From positions 16,046 to 80,045 of IMG/VR virus record IMGVR_UViG_3300024054_000015: a DNA stretch of 64,000 bases. One strand, 5' to 3'. The position numbers were made by a program, and so were the translations under genes. The DNA comes from a virus. The notes beneath the pieces are model-generated. The model did no database searches. It saw only the letters and a list, made by a program, of their open reading frames with translations, and was not told the origin of the DNA. This document shows positions 45,526 through 54,368 of the stretch, piece by piece. Positions within the stretch are counted from its first letter, which is position 1; each line of letters begins with the position of its first letter.

Positions 45526-48144
45526 ATGCCCACAGCAGAACGCAAGCGCCTGGCCTTGGAGCAGATGGCCAACTCCAAAGACTTCGTCATGAACGCTGAG
45601 TTCCAGGCCAAGTTCTTAGACCTCGTGCAAAACGAGTTCCTTAGTCGTGGAGCTTTCATTCAACGCTGGATGGACCCACGTCGGGACTACAACCGTGAGT
45701 GCGGCTATCCCGAGACGTATGAGATCACCAGTGAGAAGTGGCAGGACTACTACGAACGTCATCCCATTGCTGCCCGCGTTGTGGAGATCATGCCTAGCGA
45801 GTGCTGGCAGATAACGCCAGATCTGTACGAGGTTGATGACCCCAACGTCAACACTCCGTTCGAACAGGGCTTTAAGGACTTGGCTGGGGACCTGCGTGGA
45901 GTCCAGTCGTACTACAAGCCTGAGGAAGAGGTCGTGCATCCGCTGTGGGAGTACTGCCGACGGCTAGACATTCTCTCAGGAATTGGTCAGTTCGGTGTGA
46001 TGCTGCTAGGGTACGACGATGGCATTTCCCTGAACCAACCTGTAGAGGGTTGGCAAGAGCCAGAGGTAGGGAACATCACCTGGAACCAAGAGGCACTGCC
46101 TTTCCTCAGAGAGTTGTCCAAGCACTTCCATATCACCGCTAACGGTGAGCTAATATGGAATGCACCAACTCCCGATGAAGAAGAGCAGTTGAAGAAAAAG
46201 TCCAAGTCTGTGCCTGAGGCAACTAACGGCAAGAAGCCCAAGGAGAAGAAGGTCACCGACAAGGAGAACATGCAGAGCTCAGAAGGCTATCTGCCTCCAG
46301 AGCCTACAGGGAAGTCCATGCCTAGTCCTGCGGCCTTCGGTAATGTCAACCCGCAGCAGGGAAAGTATCACGATCCCATGGACCCAGAGGCTTTGAAGGA
46401 CATCCAGCCTCAAGGGCCAGAGCAGCCAGAGTTTGGGGACTTTACTACTGAGGACCAACGCCAACAGCCAGGAATGCAGACCGCTCCCACAGGCAGACGT
46501 AGGCTGATCTATGTGCGAGTGTTCCCCGAGGCGTTAGTGCAGATCATGCGATACGAGCAGAACATGGCGAGTCCACGCTTTGGACAGCCTACCATGTATC
46601 GCATCACGCTCAATGACCCCATGCAGAACCAGACGGGAGTGGGACTGCCTCTAAGCACCATTGAGGTCCACTACTCGCGGGTTATTCACGCTGCTGATTT
46701 GGGAGCTAATGCCGGATCTAGTGAAATCTTCGCTCCTCCTCGCATGAGGCCGGTGCTGAACAACCTCATCGATCTACAGAAGATCTATGGAGCTTGCGGG
46801 GAAGGCTACTGGAAGAACGCTTTCGCAACGCTGGCAGCAGAGACACATCCTCAACTCGGTGGAGATGTTACTCTGGACGTAGAAGCCATGCGGGAGCAGA
46901 TGAAGAAGTGGAGAGATAGCCTGGATCGTGTGCTGGCAGCTACGGGCGTCACTTGGAGGACTATCAGCCCGCAACTGATTGATCCCAATAGCTACGTGCA
47001 GAATCACCTGACTGCCATTTGCATCAAGCTCGGCTGTCCGTTGCGAGTGTTCATGGGCAGCGAACAAGGAGTGTTGGCCGCGAGCCAGGACTCGTACTCT
47101 TGGGGATTGCGAGTTCAAGAGCGTCGCAAGAACTACCTGACTCCTCGGCTAATCGTGCCGTTGATTGACAGACTCATCACCGTAGGCGTGCTGCCTGCTC
47201 CGCAAGAGTCGTACATGGTCAACTGGAACGATGAGCAGAAGCTGACTCCTCAGGAGCAGGCGAGCATCGGTGGAGCAATCACTGGAGCGATGGCAACCTA
47301 CATCAGTGGCCAAGTTGACCAACTGATTGAGCCTGTGACCTGGATGACAGAGGTTCTGGGCTGGAATAGGGAGAAGGCTCAGTCTGTGGTAGATGCCACG
47401 ATGGAGCATATCCTCAAGCAGCAAGAGCAGCAGGCGATGCAGGGGCAGCAGATGATTGACCCCATGACGGGTCAGCCCATGCAGCAGGACGAGATGGGAC
47501 AGTTCATTGATCCCAATACGGGCGAGCCTGCTCCGACAGATGAGATGGGCAAGCCGATGGTGATGGATCCCAATACTGGACAACCGATGCCCGCTCAGCC
47601 TCAGTCGCCACAAGAGAGCCAAGGCCCGCTAGGGGCAGAGGCTTCAGAGGCCGCTCAGGTTAGCCAAGAGATGGATCCTGGAGTTGAGGCACCAGAAGAG
47701 CAGATGGAACCCGAGGAAGAAGAGTTGCCCACAGACCCCGACTCTGGGTTGATGATCGACGAGGAAGCAGGACTAGCTCTTGATCCAGAGACAGGTGACG
47801 TGTACGACATAGAGACTGGAGAAGTAGTAGGGAACGTGAACGATGATGAGCAATATGCTGACGAGTTTGATCAGGAGCAACCGGATCAAGAAGATGGTTC
47901 TGAACTGGAAACTGAAGAACCCGAGGACGGCTTTGAAGACATGGAAGGTGATCAAGAGCTTGGTCAAGAAGACCCGATGGAAGAAGCCCAGGAGCCAGAA
48001 CATCAGATAGATCCAGAAACGGGTCGCATCGTTAACCCTGAGAATGGCTATCAGCTTGATCAGGAAACGGGCGACATCTACACACCTGAAGGCGAGTTGT
48101 GGGGAAATATCAATGACGAGGATGACCAGGAAGAGATGGAATAG
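45526..48144 (+). CDS. Portal protein (DUF1073-like) with internal insertion and long acidic repeat tail
   Basis: YYERHPIAARVVE, SPRFGQPTMY, VHYSRVIH, PLRVFMG; position after terL. Confidence 0.85.
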   Translation: MPTAERKRLALEQMANSKDFVMNAEFQAKFLDLVQNEFLSRGAFIQRWMDPRRDYNRECGYPETYEITSEKWQDYYERHPIAARVVEIMPSECWQITPDLYEVDDPNVNTPFEQGFKDLAGDLRGVQSYYKPEEEVVHPLWEYCRRLDILSGIGQFGVMLLGYDDGISLNQPVEGWQEPEVGNITWNQEALPFLRELSKHFHITANGELIWNAPTPDEEEQLKKKSKSVPEATNGKKPKEKKVTDKENMQSSEGYLPPEPTGKSMPSPAAFGNVNPQQGKYHDPMDPEALKDIQPQGPEQPEFGDFTTEDQRQQPGMQTAPTGRRRLIYVRVFPEALVQIMRYEQNMASPRFGQPTMYRITLNDPMQNQTGVGLPLSTIEVHYSRVIHAADLGANAGSSEIFAPPRMRPVLNNLIDLQKIYGACGEGYWKNAFATLAAETHPQLGGDVTLDVEAMREQMKKWRDSLDRVLAATGVTWRTISPQLIDPNSYVQNHLTAICIKLGCPLRVFMGSEQGVLAASQDSYSWGLRVQERRKNYLTPRLIVPLIDRLITVGVLPAPQESYMVNWNDEQKLTPQEQASIGGAITGAMATYISGQVDQLIEPVTWMTEVLGWNREKAQSVVDATMEHILKQQEQQAMQGQQMIDPMTGQPMQQDEMGQFIDPNTGEPAPTDEMGKPMVMDPNTGQPMPAQPQSPQESQGPLGAEASEAAQVSQEMDPGVEAPEEQMEPEEEELPTDPDSGLMIDEEAGLALDPETGDVYDIETGEVVGNVNDDEQYADEFDQEQPDQEDGSELETEEPEDGFEDMEGDQELGQEDPMEEAQEPEHQIDPETGRIVNPENGYQLDQETGDIYTPEGELWGNINDEDDQEEME

Positions 48145-48354
48145 AGCCAAGTGGCTAGGGATGCTAGGACGCGATCAGGAGGAGCTCCACCAACGCGAAA
48201 GGTTAGAAACGGGACAAGACCCGGACGAGTACACGATCTGGCACGTTCTGTGCCCTGCCATACGAAAGGGCTGGACGAAAGCTATGGAGCGTGACAGAAG
48301 GGCCTATGGTCGTAGGCTGGCAGTTACGATTCAAGAAGTCTCTGGCAAATCGAC

Positions 48355-49347
48355 ATGAGCATCCTTCGCGTAGACCCCACTCGCACTACTAGACTTCGTC
48401 GTCAGTTCACTAGTGCGATTAACGTGCGGTTCACCATGTTCAAGAAGGACCTATTGCATCTGTTTCAGCATGGAATGCTGGGCATGGTCCGCCCTACCCT
48501 TAACGCCGAGTGGACCTTTCCCACAGAGCATAAGCTGCAAGAGCTCAAGCGATGGCTTCAGTTTAAGACTGGTCAGCTATTCCTAAAGAACTATATGGAG
48601 GACTCTGCACAGTCTTGGGTTGGGGAGTACATACAGCAGTCGTACCAGCGAGGCTTGAAGAGATCTTGGGGCGACTGGCGTAGGCCGACTCAGGTTATGA
48701 CCATGCCTGGAGACGTAGGAGCTATCTTCCAGAAGGGTGGCGAAGCAGAGTTTATGCGGCAGTCTTTTGGTGGACCTATTCCTGTAGAGAAGGTAAGACT
48801 ACTCTCAACACGCACCTACAGTGACTTGGCTAACGTCACAGAGCAGATGTCCGCACAGATCTCTCGAACTCTGCTGGACGGTGCTGTTAGTGGACTCAAT
48901 CCCCGCAAGGTCGCCAAGCAACTGTCTAAGCTCGTAGACATGAGTAAGGGTCGGGCCTACATGGTCGCCCAGACAGAGACGATCAGGAGCTTTAACGAGG
49001 GAGCCTTAGATGGATTGGAGAACCTGGGAGCTAAGGCTGTAGGCGTGATGGTGGAATGGTCCGTGTCAGGGCTGGGCTACACCGAAAAGGGCTATCCTTC
49101 ACCCTGCAAGAAGTGTGCCCCTTTGGCGGGACTGGTGCTGACCGTTGATGAGGCTAGAGGGATGCTGCCTCGGCATCCGCGTTGTCGGTGCAGTTTCATA
49201 CCCGCGAACGTAGGAGAAAAGACCGCCAAGCAAGTCCGTGATGCTGAACGCATACGAGCGGCCATTGCCCGTTCTGCTAGTGGTGACACCCGTTGGATTG
49301 GAGCAAGTAAGACTATCTCTTCAGAAAGACCAGTGGAGGCCTCATGA
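48355..49347 (+). CDS. MuF/SPP1 gp7-like head morphogenesis protein
   Basis: DPTRTT, RAYMVAQTETIR, CKKC..LPRHPRCRC. Confidence 0.85.
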   Translation: MSILRVDPTRTTRLRRQFTSAINVRFTMFKKDLLHLFQHGMLGMVRPTLNAEWTFPTEHKLQELKRWLQFKTGQLFLKNYMEDSAQSWVGEYIQQSYQRGLKRSWGDWRRPTQVMTMPGDVGAIFQKGGEAEFMRQSFGGPIPVEKVRLLSTRTYSDLANVTEQMSAQISRTLLDGAVSGLNPRKVAKQLSKLVDMSKGRAYMVAQTETIRSFNEGALDGLENLGAKAVGVMVEWSVSGLGYTEKGYPSPCKKCAPLAGLVLTVDEARGMLPRHPRCRCSFIPANVGEKTAKQVRDAERIRAAIARSASGDTRWIGASKTISSERPVEAS

Positions 49348-49604
49348 GTGGAGTCAATGGATTTACACCCACGGAGCGTAGAATGCTAGAGCTCCTTAAG
49401 GACGGCAAGCCTCATAGAAGGGAGGAGTTGCACTCGTGCTTGCAGGATGAGCTTGCAGACTTGTCTGCGATACAGCCGCATATCTCAAACATCAGGAAAC
49501 GTATCAGGAACCTTGGTGAGGAGATCGTGTGCGAGTTCTATCAGAGATCGTTGCACTACAGACACGTAAGGCTCCTTAGTTCTCCGTATGATGGTAGAGT
49601 TTAA
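49344..49604 (+). CDS. Winged-helix (OmpR/PhoB-type) DNA-binding protein
   Basis: FTPTERRMLELL..REEL..HISNIRKRI. Confidence 0.7.
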   Translation: MSGVNGFTPTERRMLELLKDGKPHRREELHSCLQDELADLSAIQPHISNIRKRIRNLGEEIVCEFYQRSLHYRHVRLLSSPYDGRV

Positions 49605-49633
49605 GGCTTAGGCCAAAGGCTCTCATCCATTGA

Positions 49634-49661
49634 TTGCTCAAGAACCCTAAGTTGGTATATT
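49634..49661 (+). promoter_or_regulatory. Sigma70-like promoter (extended -10)
   Basis: TTGCTC-16-TATATT preceded by TGG; ATG 49668 lies 7 nt downstream. Confidence 0.55.
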
Positions 49662-49667
49662 TGCATT

Positions 49668-52600
49668 ATGAACATTCCACGAGAAATGTCTCCAAAGTCG
49701 TACAGGCTGGTTTCGTCAATTCTCCACAATGAATGGAGTGATGAAGCCCGGAAGAAGTCTGCCGAGTCTAGGAAGCGCAAAGCCCAACAGCGTGGATCTT
49801 GGTTAGGGTCTACAGCGAAGGCTGTGGGCAAGGCTGGGCTGATCGCCGGTGGAGTAGTCGCTGGAGGACTCCTTGGGGGAAGGATAGCTCCTAGAGTCTT
49901 CGGTAAGGGAAGACTAGCTAGGGTTGGAGAGAACCTCACCGGAAAGGTCGTCTACACCGTTCCGCCTAAGAACTTGGAAGGATTCGAGAAGTGGTCTATA
50001 GGGGCTGCAATTCCAGTCGGTAGGAAGCGGAGTCTAGGCTCGGTACTGGAAGAACAGGGCAAAAGAGCTGGACTCAGAGGAAGAGTTGCCAGAAGACTCA
50101 GTGCCATAGAGAAGTGGTTCGGGATCCCTGAACGACATTACGGTGTTGGCACTGACAAGGGTCACGTGACTCACTTCTCTCCGCATGGAGTAAAGAAGCA
50201 CACCAAAGGTGAGTTCGGGGCCTACTGGTCTGAAAGAATGTCAGATCGCGAGCCTCGTAACATCTGGGTTGTGGACGAGGGTCTGGTAAGCGGAAAGAAG
50301 GGAAGTGTAAGGAAGGCAGAGCTCGCTGCGGTTAAGTCCAGGCTTGCAGCTAGGAGAAACTGGAGAGGCAGAGAACTTAGATGCCTTGGCAAGAAGAACT
50401 GCGAGACCTTCGCTAGAGAGATCTCCAGCGGCAGAAAGCAGTACAAGAGCCGATTGGCTCTTACAGGTGCAGCCGGAATCGCAGGTGGTGGAACCACTGG
50501 TGGAGCGGTCACTGGAGCCGCTACCCTACTCGGCGGGAAGAAAAAGAAGGACTCCAAGAGAAGGATGGTCAGAAACGTCCTACAAGTGATCAACGGTGGT
50601 CCAGGCTCAGGCTTCCGTGGGCACAAGGGAAGACCGGGTCAAAGGGGTGGGTCAGCTCCGGAAGGTGGCGGAATGCTGGGATCGACTACTTATAGACCAG
50701 CTTCGCTTCCATTGTCAGAGTCTCCTCAGGCTCGAGCCAAGCGAATTAAGCTGATCTACACTAAGGCCTCTAGACTGGCCGATGTGTACGGGGATCATGC
50801 GAACAAGCTCGAGCAGAAGAGGCGCAGCAAGCTCCTTCCGCTGAACAGGCGAGAACTGATCGATCTGTTGGAAGCCCACAAGAACGCTGCTGACAACTTC
50901 CGGGCGAGTGCCGAGCAGTCTACCTTGGTCAAGAGATTCACTCCCGAGCAGCAACTCCAACGCTTGGAGCAGGCGAGTCGTCACGAGGAGATGGCAGCTA
51001 AATACCTCAAGAGGCTAAACCGTGAGATCCCAGGTAAGGACTTCGTTAAGGCTGTGGGCAAGACATTCCTCGGAGAACTGGTTGGGGATCTTCCTTCAGA
51101 GATTGGTCGCATGGGTGCGGACATCACTAGGGAATCGATCCGAGGCGGCTTCAAGTCTTTGGTCGGTAAGAGCCCTTCGCTGGGCAAGTTTGGAGAGGGT
51201 GTCTTTAAGGGTGGAAAGGCCAAGGCCGAGGAGTACAAGAATTCAATCCTAGAAGGCGGAAGGATTAGGGACAAGTCCAAAATGCTGAGAGCCGCCATGG
51301 AAGAGGTCAAGAGGCTTCAAGCTATCGACAAGAACATCAAGAAGCAACTCCATGCTCTTGGTGGTCGGGTCAGTCGAGGCAAGCCTAAGTCAGCTTCCGA
51401 GAAGCCGAAGCAATTCAGTGCAGACGCTATTCGGAAAGCTCTAATCGAGGCCGCTAATCAGAAGCTGGCTGATGCCGAAGAGAGGGTTCTGGCCTCGAAT
51501 GAGTTCACAGCCCTGGTGTCTAACCTTGAAGGTCAGGTGCGTCGGGAAACGCTGCACGACCGCGAGTATCTAGTGGCACCCCTAACGATGATCGTTCCAG
51601 GCGTCTTGGCAGGAAGCAAAGGCCCACTTCTATACCCAGAAGAGGAAGTTGCTAAGAACCCGAGCGCCTGGAACGGTATGCCCATCGTGGTCAATCACCC
51701 GATGAAAGACGGGATGCCGGTAGAGGCTCGCAACCCTGCCATCCTCAATCAGTACCAGATCGGTACTGTCTTCAACACCAAGTACAACGGCAAGCTCGTA
51801 GCTGAGGGCTGGTTCGACGTGGACCGCACTCGCAAGACCAACATCGGCATCTACGAGCAGTTGGTCAACAACCGGCCGATTGAGTTGAGTACGGGTCTGT
51901 ACACGGACAACGAGTCCTCTGAGGGAACCTGGAACGGTCGCCCTTATAGCTACGTGGCTCGCAACTATCGCCCGGATCATCTGGCGATCTTGCTGGGCTC
52001 CAAAGGTGCTTGCAGCATTAAGGACGGCTGTGGAGTGCTGATCAACGAAACTGATCCCGTAACCAACATCGTCCAGAAGACTGGTGGAGGCTACAAGCTC
52101 GTCAGCCATAAGGGCAAGAACCTCGGCACGGCCAAGACTAAGGCTGGTATCCTCAAGCGTGAGCGTCAGGTGGAGTACTTCAAGCACGTGAGAAACGAAG
52201 TGCGAGAAGTGATAGACCTCATCAACAACGGTCCCTATCGTGCTGCCGCAGGAAGCTTGTGGAAGGCTGTCAAGTTAGGTGGTGGTCAGGCCATTAAGGA
52301 CGTGCTGGGAGTTGCCAAGAAGACATCTAAGACTAGAAGGTTTATCAAGAAGTTCCCGAAGACTTCTACAGCCGTAGCTGCCGGTGGAATCGGTTATGCT
52401 GCTGGAAAGCGTAAGAGGAGCCAGACGAACAATGCCCTCAAGGCTGGGATCGTAAACATACCCTTCATCAGCAAGAACCGTGCCAAGGCTCGGCGTCAAG
52501 TCGCTGGCTTTGCTGGAGGGGCGGCTGCTGGAGCCTATGGCACAGTCAAGGGTGCTGCTATAGGAACCGCTGTAGGTGGACCAGTTGGAGGGATTATAGG

Positions 52601-53153
52601 AGGGGCTGCTGGTGGTGCGACTGGAGCCTGGGGCGCTCGCAAGATTGCCAAGAGACTTGGCGGTAGCAGTGCTGAGTCCGGTGCAGACCTGGGAGGCCTA
52701 GCAGGTACGTTCGCTCCCATAGGTTCTGGGGCTGCTAGAGCCGCTGGAGCAGCCGTTAAAGCTTCCAGAACCAAAAGGATTATCGGCGGTGCTGGAAGAT
52801 TGGGTGCAGATTATGCAGCTTATGAGGGAACTACTAGAGGTCTGGATAAGCTGGCTTCAAAGTTCAGCAGACGTAGGAAACGCTCTGTGGTAAGTAATGC
52901 CTGGACTGAGGAAGCCCGCCGCAAGTCGCTAGAGACCCGTAGGCGTCATGCTGTAGGTGGAACTGATATTGGATTGGGGATAGCTGGCGGCATGGCTGTG
53001 GGAAAGATTGGGTCGAAACTGGTAGAGCCTGAAATCGACGCAGCGGTGGACAGAATCCGACAGGCTATCATCAGGTCTTTTAAGGATGTGAAGAGGAATC
53101 CGGGTCTTGGTCGTAGAGTGATCAGGCTTCTCAAGTCAATCAGGAGAGTCTAA
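49668..53153 (+). CDS. Head polyprotein: LRAT-like domain + DUF2213 prohead protease + multiple basic/Gly-zipper modules
   Basis: Protease ~51510-52045 (WNGMPIVVNHP, IELSTGLY, PDHLAIL, GACS); HYG...NCETFA LRAT motif; repeated hydrophobic-X-N junctions. Confidence 0.8.
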   Translation: MNIPREMSPKSYRLVSSILHNEWSDEARKKSAESRKRKAQQRGSWLGSTAKAVGKAGLIAGGVVAGGLLGGRIAPRVFGKGRLARVGENLTGKVVYTVPPKNLEGFEKWSIGAAIPVGRKRSLGSVLEEQGKRAGLRGRVARRLSAIEKWFGIPERHYGVGTDKGHVTHFSPHGVKKHTKGEFGAYWSERMSDREPRNIWVVDEGLVSGKKGSVRKAELAAVKSRLAARRNWRGRELRCLGKKNCETFAREISSGRKQYKSRLALTGAAGIAGGGTTGGAVTGAATLLGGKKKKDSKRRMVRNVLQVINGGPGSGFRGHKGRPGQRGGSAPEGGGMLGSTTYRPASLPLSESPQARAKRIKLIYTKASRLADVYGDHANKLEQKRRSKLLPLNRRELIDLLEAHKNAADNFRASAEQSTLVKRFTPEQQLQRLEQASRHEEMAAKYLKRLNREIPGKDFVKAVGKTFLGELVGDLPSEIGRMGADITRESIRGGFKSLVGKSPSLGKFGEGVFKGGKAKAEEYKNSILEGGRIRDKSKMLRAAMEEVKRLQAIDKNIKKQLHALGGRVSRGKPKSASEKPKQFSADAIRKALIEAANQKLADAEERVLASNEFTALVSNLEGQVRRETLHDREYLVAPLTMIVPGVLAGSKGPLLYPEEEVAKNPSAWNGMPIVVNHPMKDGMPVEARNPAILNQYQIGTVFNTKYNGKLVAEGWFDVDRTRKTNIGIYEQLVNNRPIELSTGLYTDNESSEGTWNGRPYSYVARNYRPDHLAILLGSKGACSIKDGCGVLINETDPVTNIVQKTGGGYKLVSHKGKNLGTAKTKAGILKRERQVEYFKHVRNEVREVIDLINNGPYRAAAGSLWKAVKLGGGQAIKDVLGVAKKTSKTRRFIKKFPKTSTAVAAGGIGYAAGKRKRSQTNNALKAGIVNIPFISKNRAKARRQVAGFAGGAAAGAYGTVKGAAIGTAVGGPVGGIIGGAAGGATGAWGARKIAKRLGGSSAESGADLGGLAGTFAPIGSGAARAAGAAVKASRTKRIIGGAGRLGADYAAYEGTTRGLDKLASKFSRRRKRSVVSNAWTEEARRKSLETRRRHAVGGTDIGLGIAGGMAVGKIGSKLVEPEIDAAVDRIRQAIIRSFKDVKRNPGLGRRVIRLLKSIRRV

Positions 53154-53504
53154 GTGACTACTGTAACCATCAACAACGCTCAGCAGCGAGAGATCGAGTC
53201 TCGTATGCTGATGAAATCTCTTACGATCAACATTCCTGGATATGCCCCTAAGAAGCGTGGACTCGTTCGTCGTACGTTAGGGGCTGGATTAGGAGCAGTC
53301 GGCGGTGGCATCAAAGGAATGATGGGTGGAGCGGTCAAGGGTGGTACAGTTGGAGGACTTGGTGGTTCGATGGTTGGAGCGGCTCCTATGGGAGCCACTG
53401 CTGGAGCTCTTGGTGGTGGTGCCATTGGCGGAATTCGTGGAGCCATGCGGGGGGCTGCTTACGGAGCTCGTAAGTTCTCGAAACCTAAGGTCATTTATCA
53501 ATAG
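53154..53504 (+). CDS. Glycine-zipper protein with scaffold-type leader
   Basis: TVTINNAQQREIE leader; GxxxG repeats. Confidence 0.65.
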   Translation: MTTVTINNAQQREIESRMLMKSLTINIPGYAPKKRGLVRRTLGAGLGAVGGGIKGMMGGAVKGGTVGGLGGSMVGAAPMGATAGALGGGAIGGIRGAMRGAAYGARKFSKPKVIYQ

Positions 53505-53517
53505 CGGGAGAAGCACG

Positions 53518-54306
53518 ATGCCCACAACGGTAACGATCAACAGATCGGAACAGCAGCGAGTTGAGAACCAACTTGTTGCTAATGGACTTGCTAAGGACAT
53601 CGGTCATGGATGGTCCTTCAGCAGGGACTTGATAAAGTCTGGAATAAAGAAAAGACCACGGATGGTCGATCCAAACCTGGGGTTCTCTGTGGGGTTTGAA
53701 GGTCACCGTCTGAAGGAAGCTATCAAAAGGCATCCAAAGACGACCGCAGGCGTTGCTGGAGTAGGAGCTGGTCTGGTTGGTGCTGGCTATCTTGCAGGGA
53801 AGAGGAAAGGCAAAAAGAAAACCACCAACAACGAGGTTTTGATCAACCACTCCGAGCAGCAACGAGTTGAGCGGCAGATGTTGATCAATCAACTGTCACA
53901 GAACTACCAGCCAGTGGAGATGATCGACAATGCCTCCATAGGAAAGATGGTGAAGGGTGGTAAGGCAATGGCCCGGCGAGGATTTAAGAGGTTGTCCTCT
54001 GGAGTCCAGTCATTCAAGACTGGAAGTGAGGTTGGCACCAAGTATGGCGCGAAGGCTAGAAAAGGTATAGGAAAGTCAAGCACTCCTGCCAGCTACAAAG
54101 CTGGGGTGATCTTTGGATCCACCGCTGGAAGGGCTGGAAAGGCTGCTGCAATCCAAGCCAAGCGAGCCGGGCTTAGAGCGAAGAAATTTGCTAAGAGCCC
54201 TGCTGGAAAAATGACTGGAGTAGGTGCGGCGGCTGCTGGTGGAGCCGCTTTTGGAAGTACGGTTAGTAGCCGCGCTCGTCGCAAGAAGGCTAGAAACGAT
54301 TATTGA
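53518..54306 (+). CDS. Two-module basic protein with duplicated scaffold-type leader
   Basis: TVTINRSEQQRVENQLVAN and VLINHSEQQRVERQMLIN. Confidence 0.7.
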   Translation: MPTTVTINRSEQQRVENQLVANGLAKDIGHGWSFSRDLIKSGIKKRPRMVDPNLGFSVGFEGHRLKEAIKRHPKTTAGVAGVGAGLVGAGYLAGKRKGKKKTTNNEVLINHSEQQRVERQMLINQLSQNYQPVEMIDNASIGKMVKGGKAMARRGFKRLSSGVQSFKTGSEVGTKYGAKARKGIGKSSTPASYKAGVIFGSTAGRAGKAAAIQAKRAGLRAKKFAKSPAGKMTGVGAAAAGGAAFGSTVSSRARRKKARNDY

Positions 54307-54368
54307 CCAACAATTCACAGACGACCATTGTTGGCTCGTCTAAACGTTCGTTTACAAGGAGAGCCTAA

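Noticed and set aside
45526-48144. Anti-CBASS Acb1 label sometimes attached to this family
   Set aside because: Size, motifs and position between terL and MuF indicate a portal; no 2H-phosphoesterase HxT pair recognised
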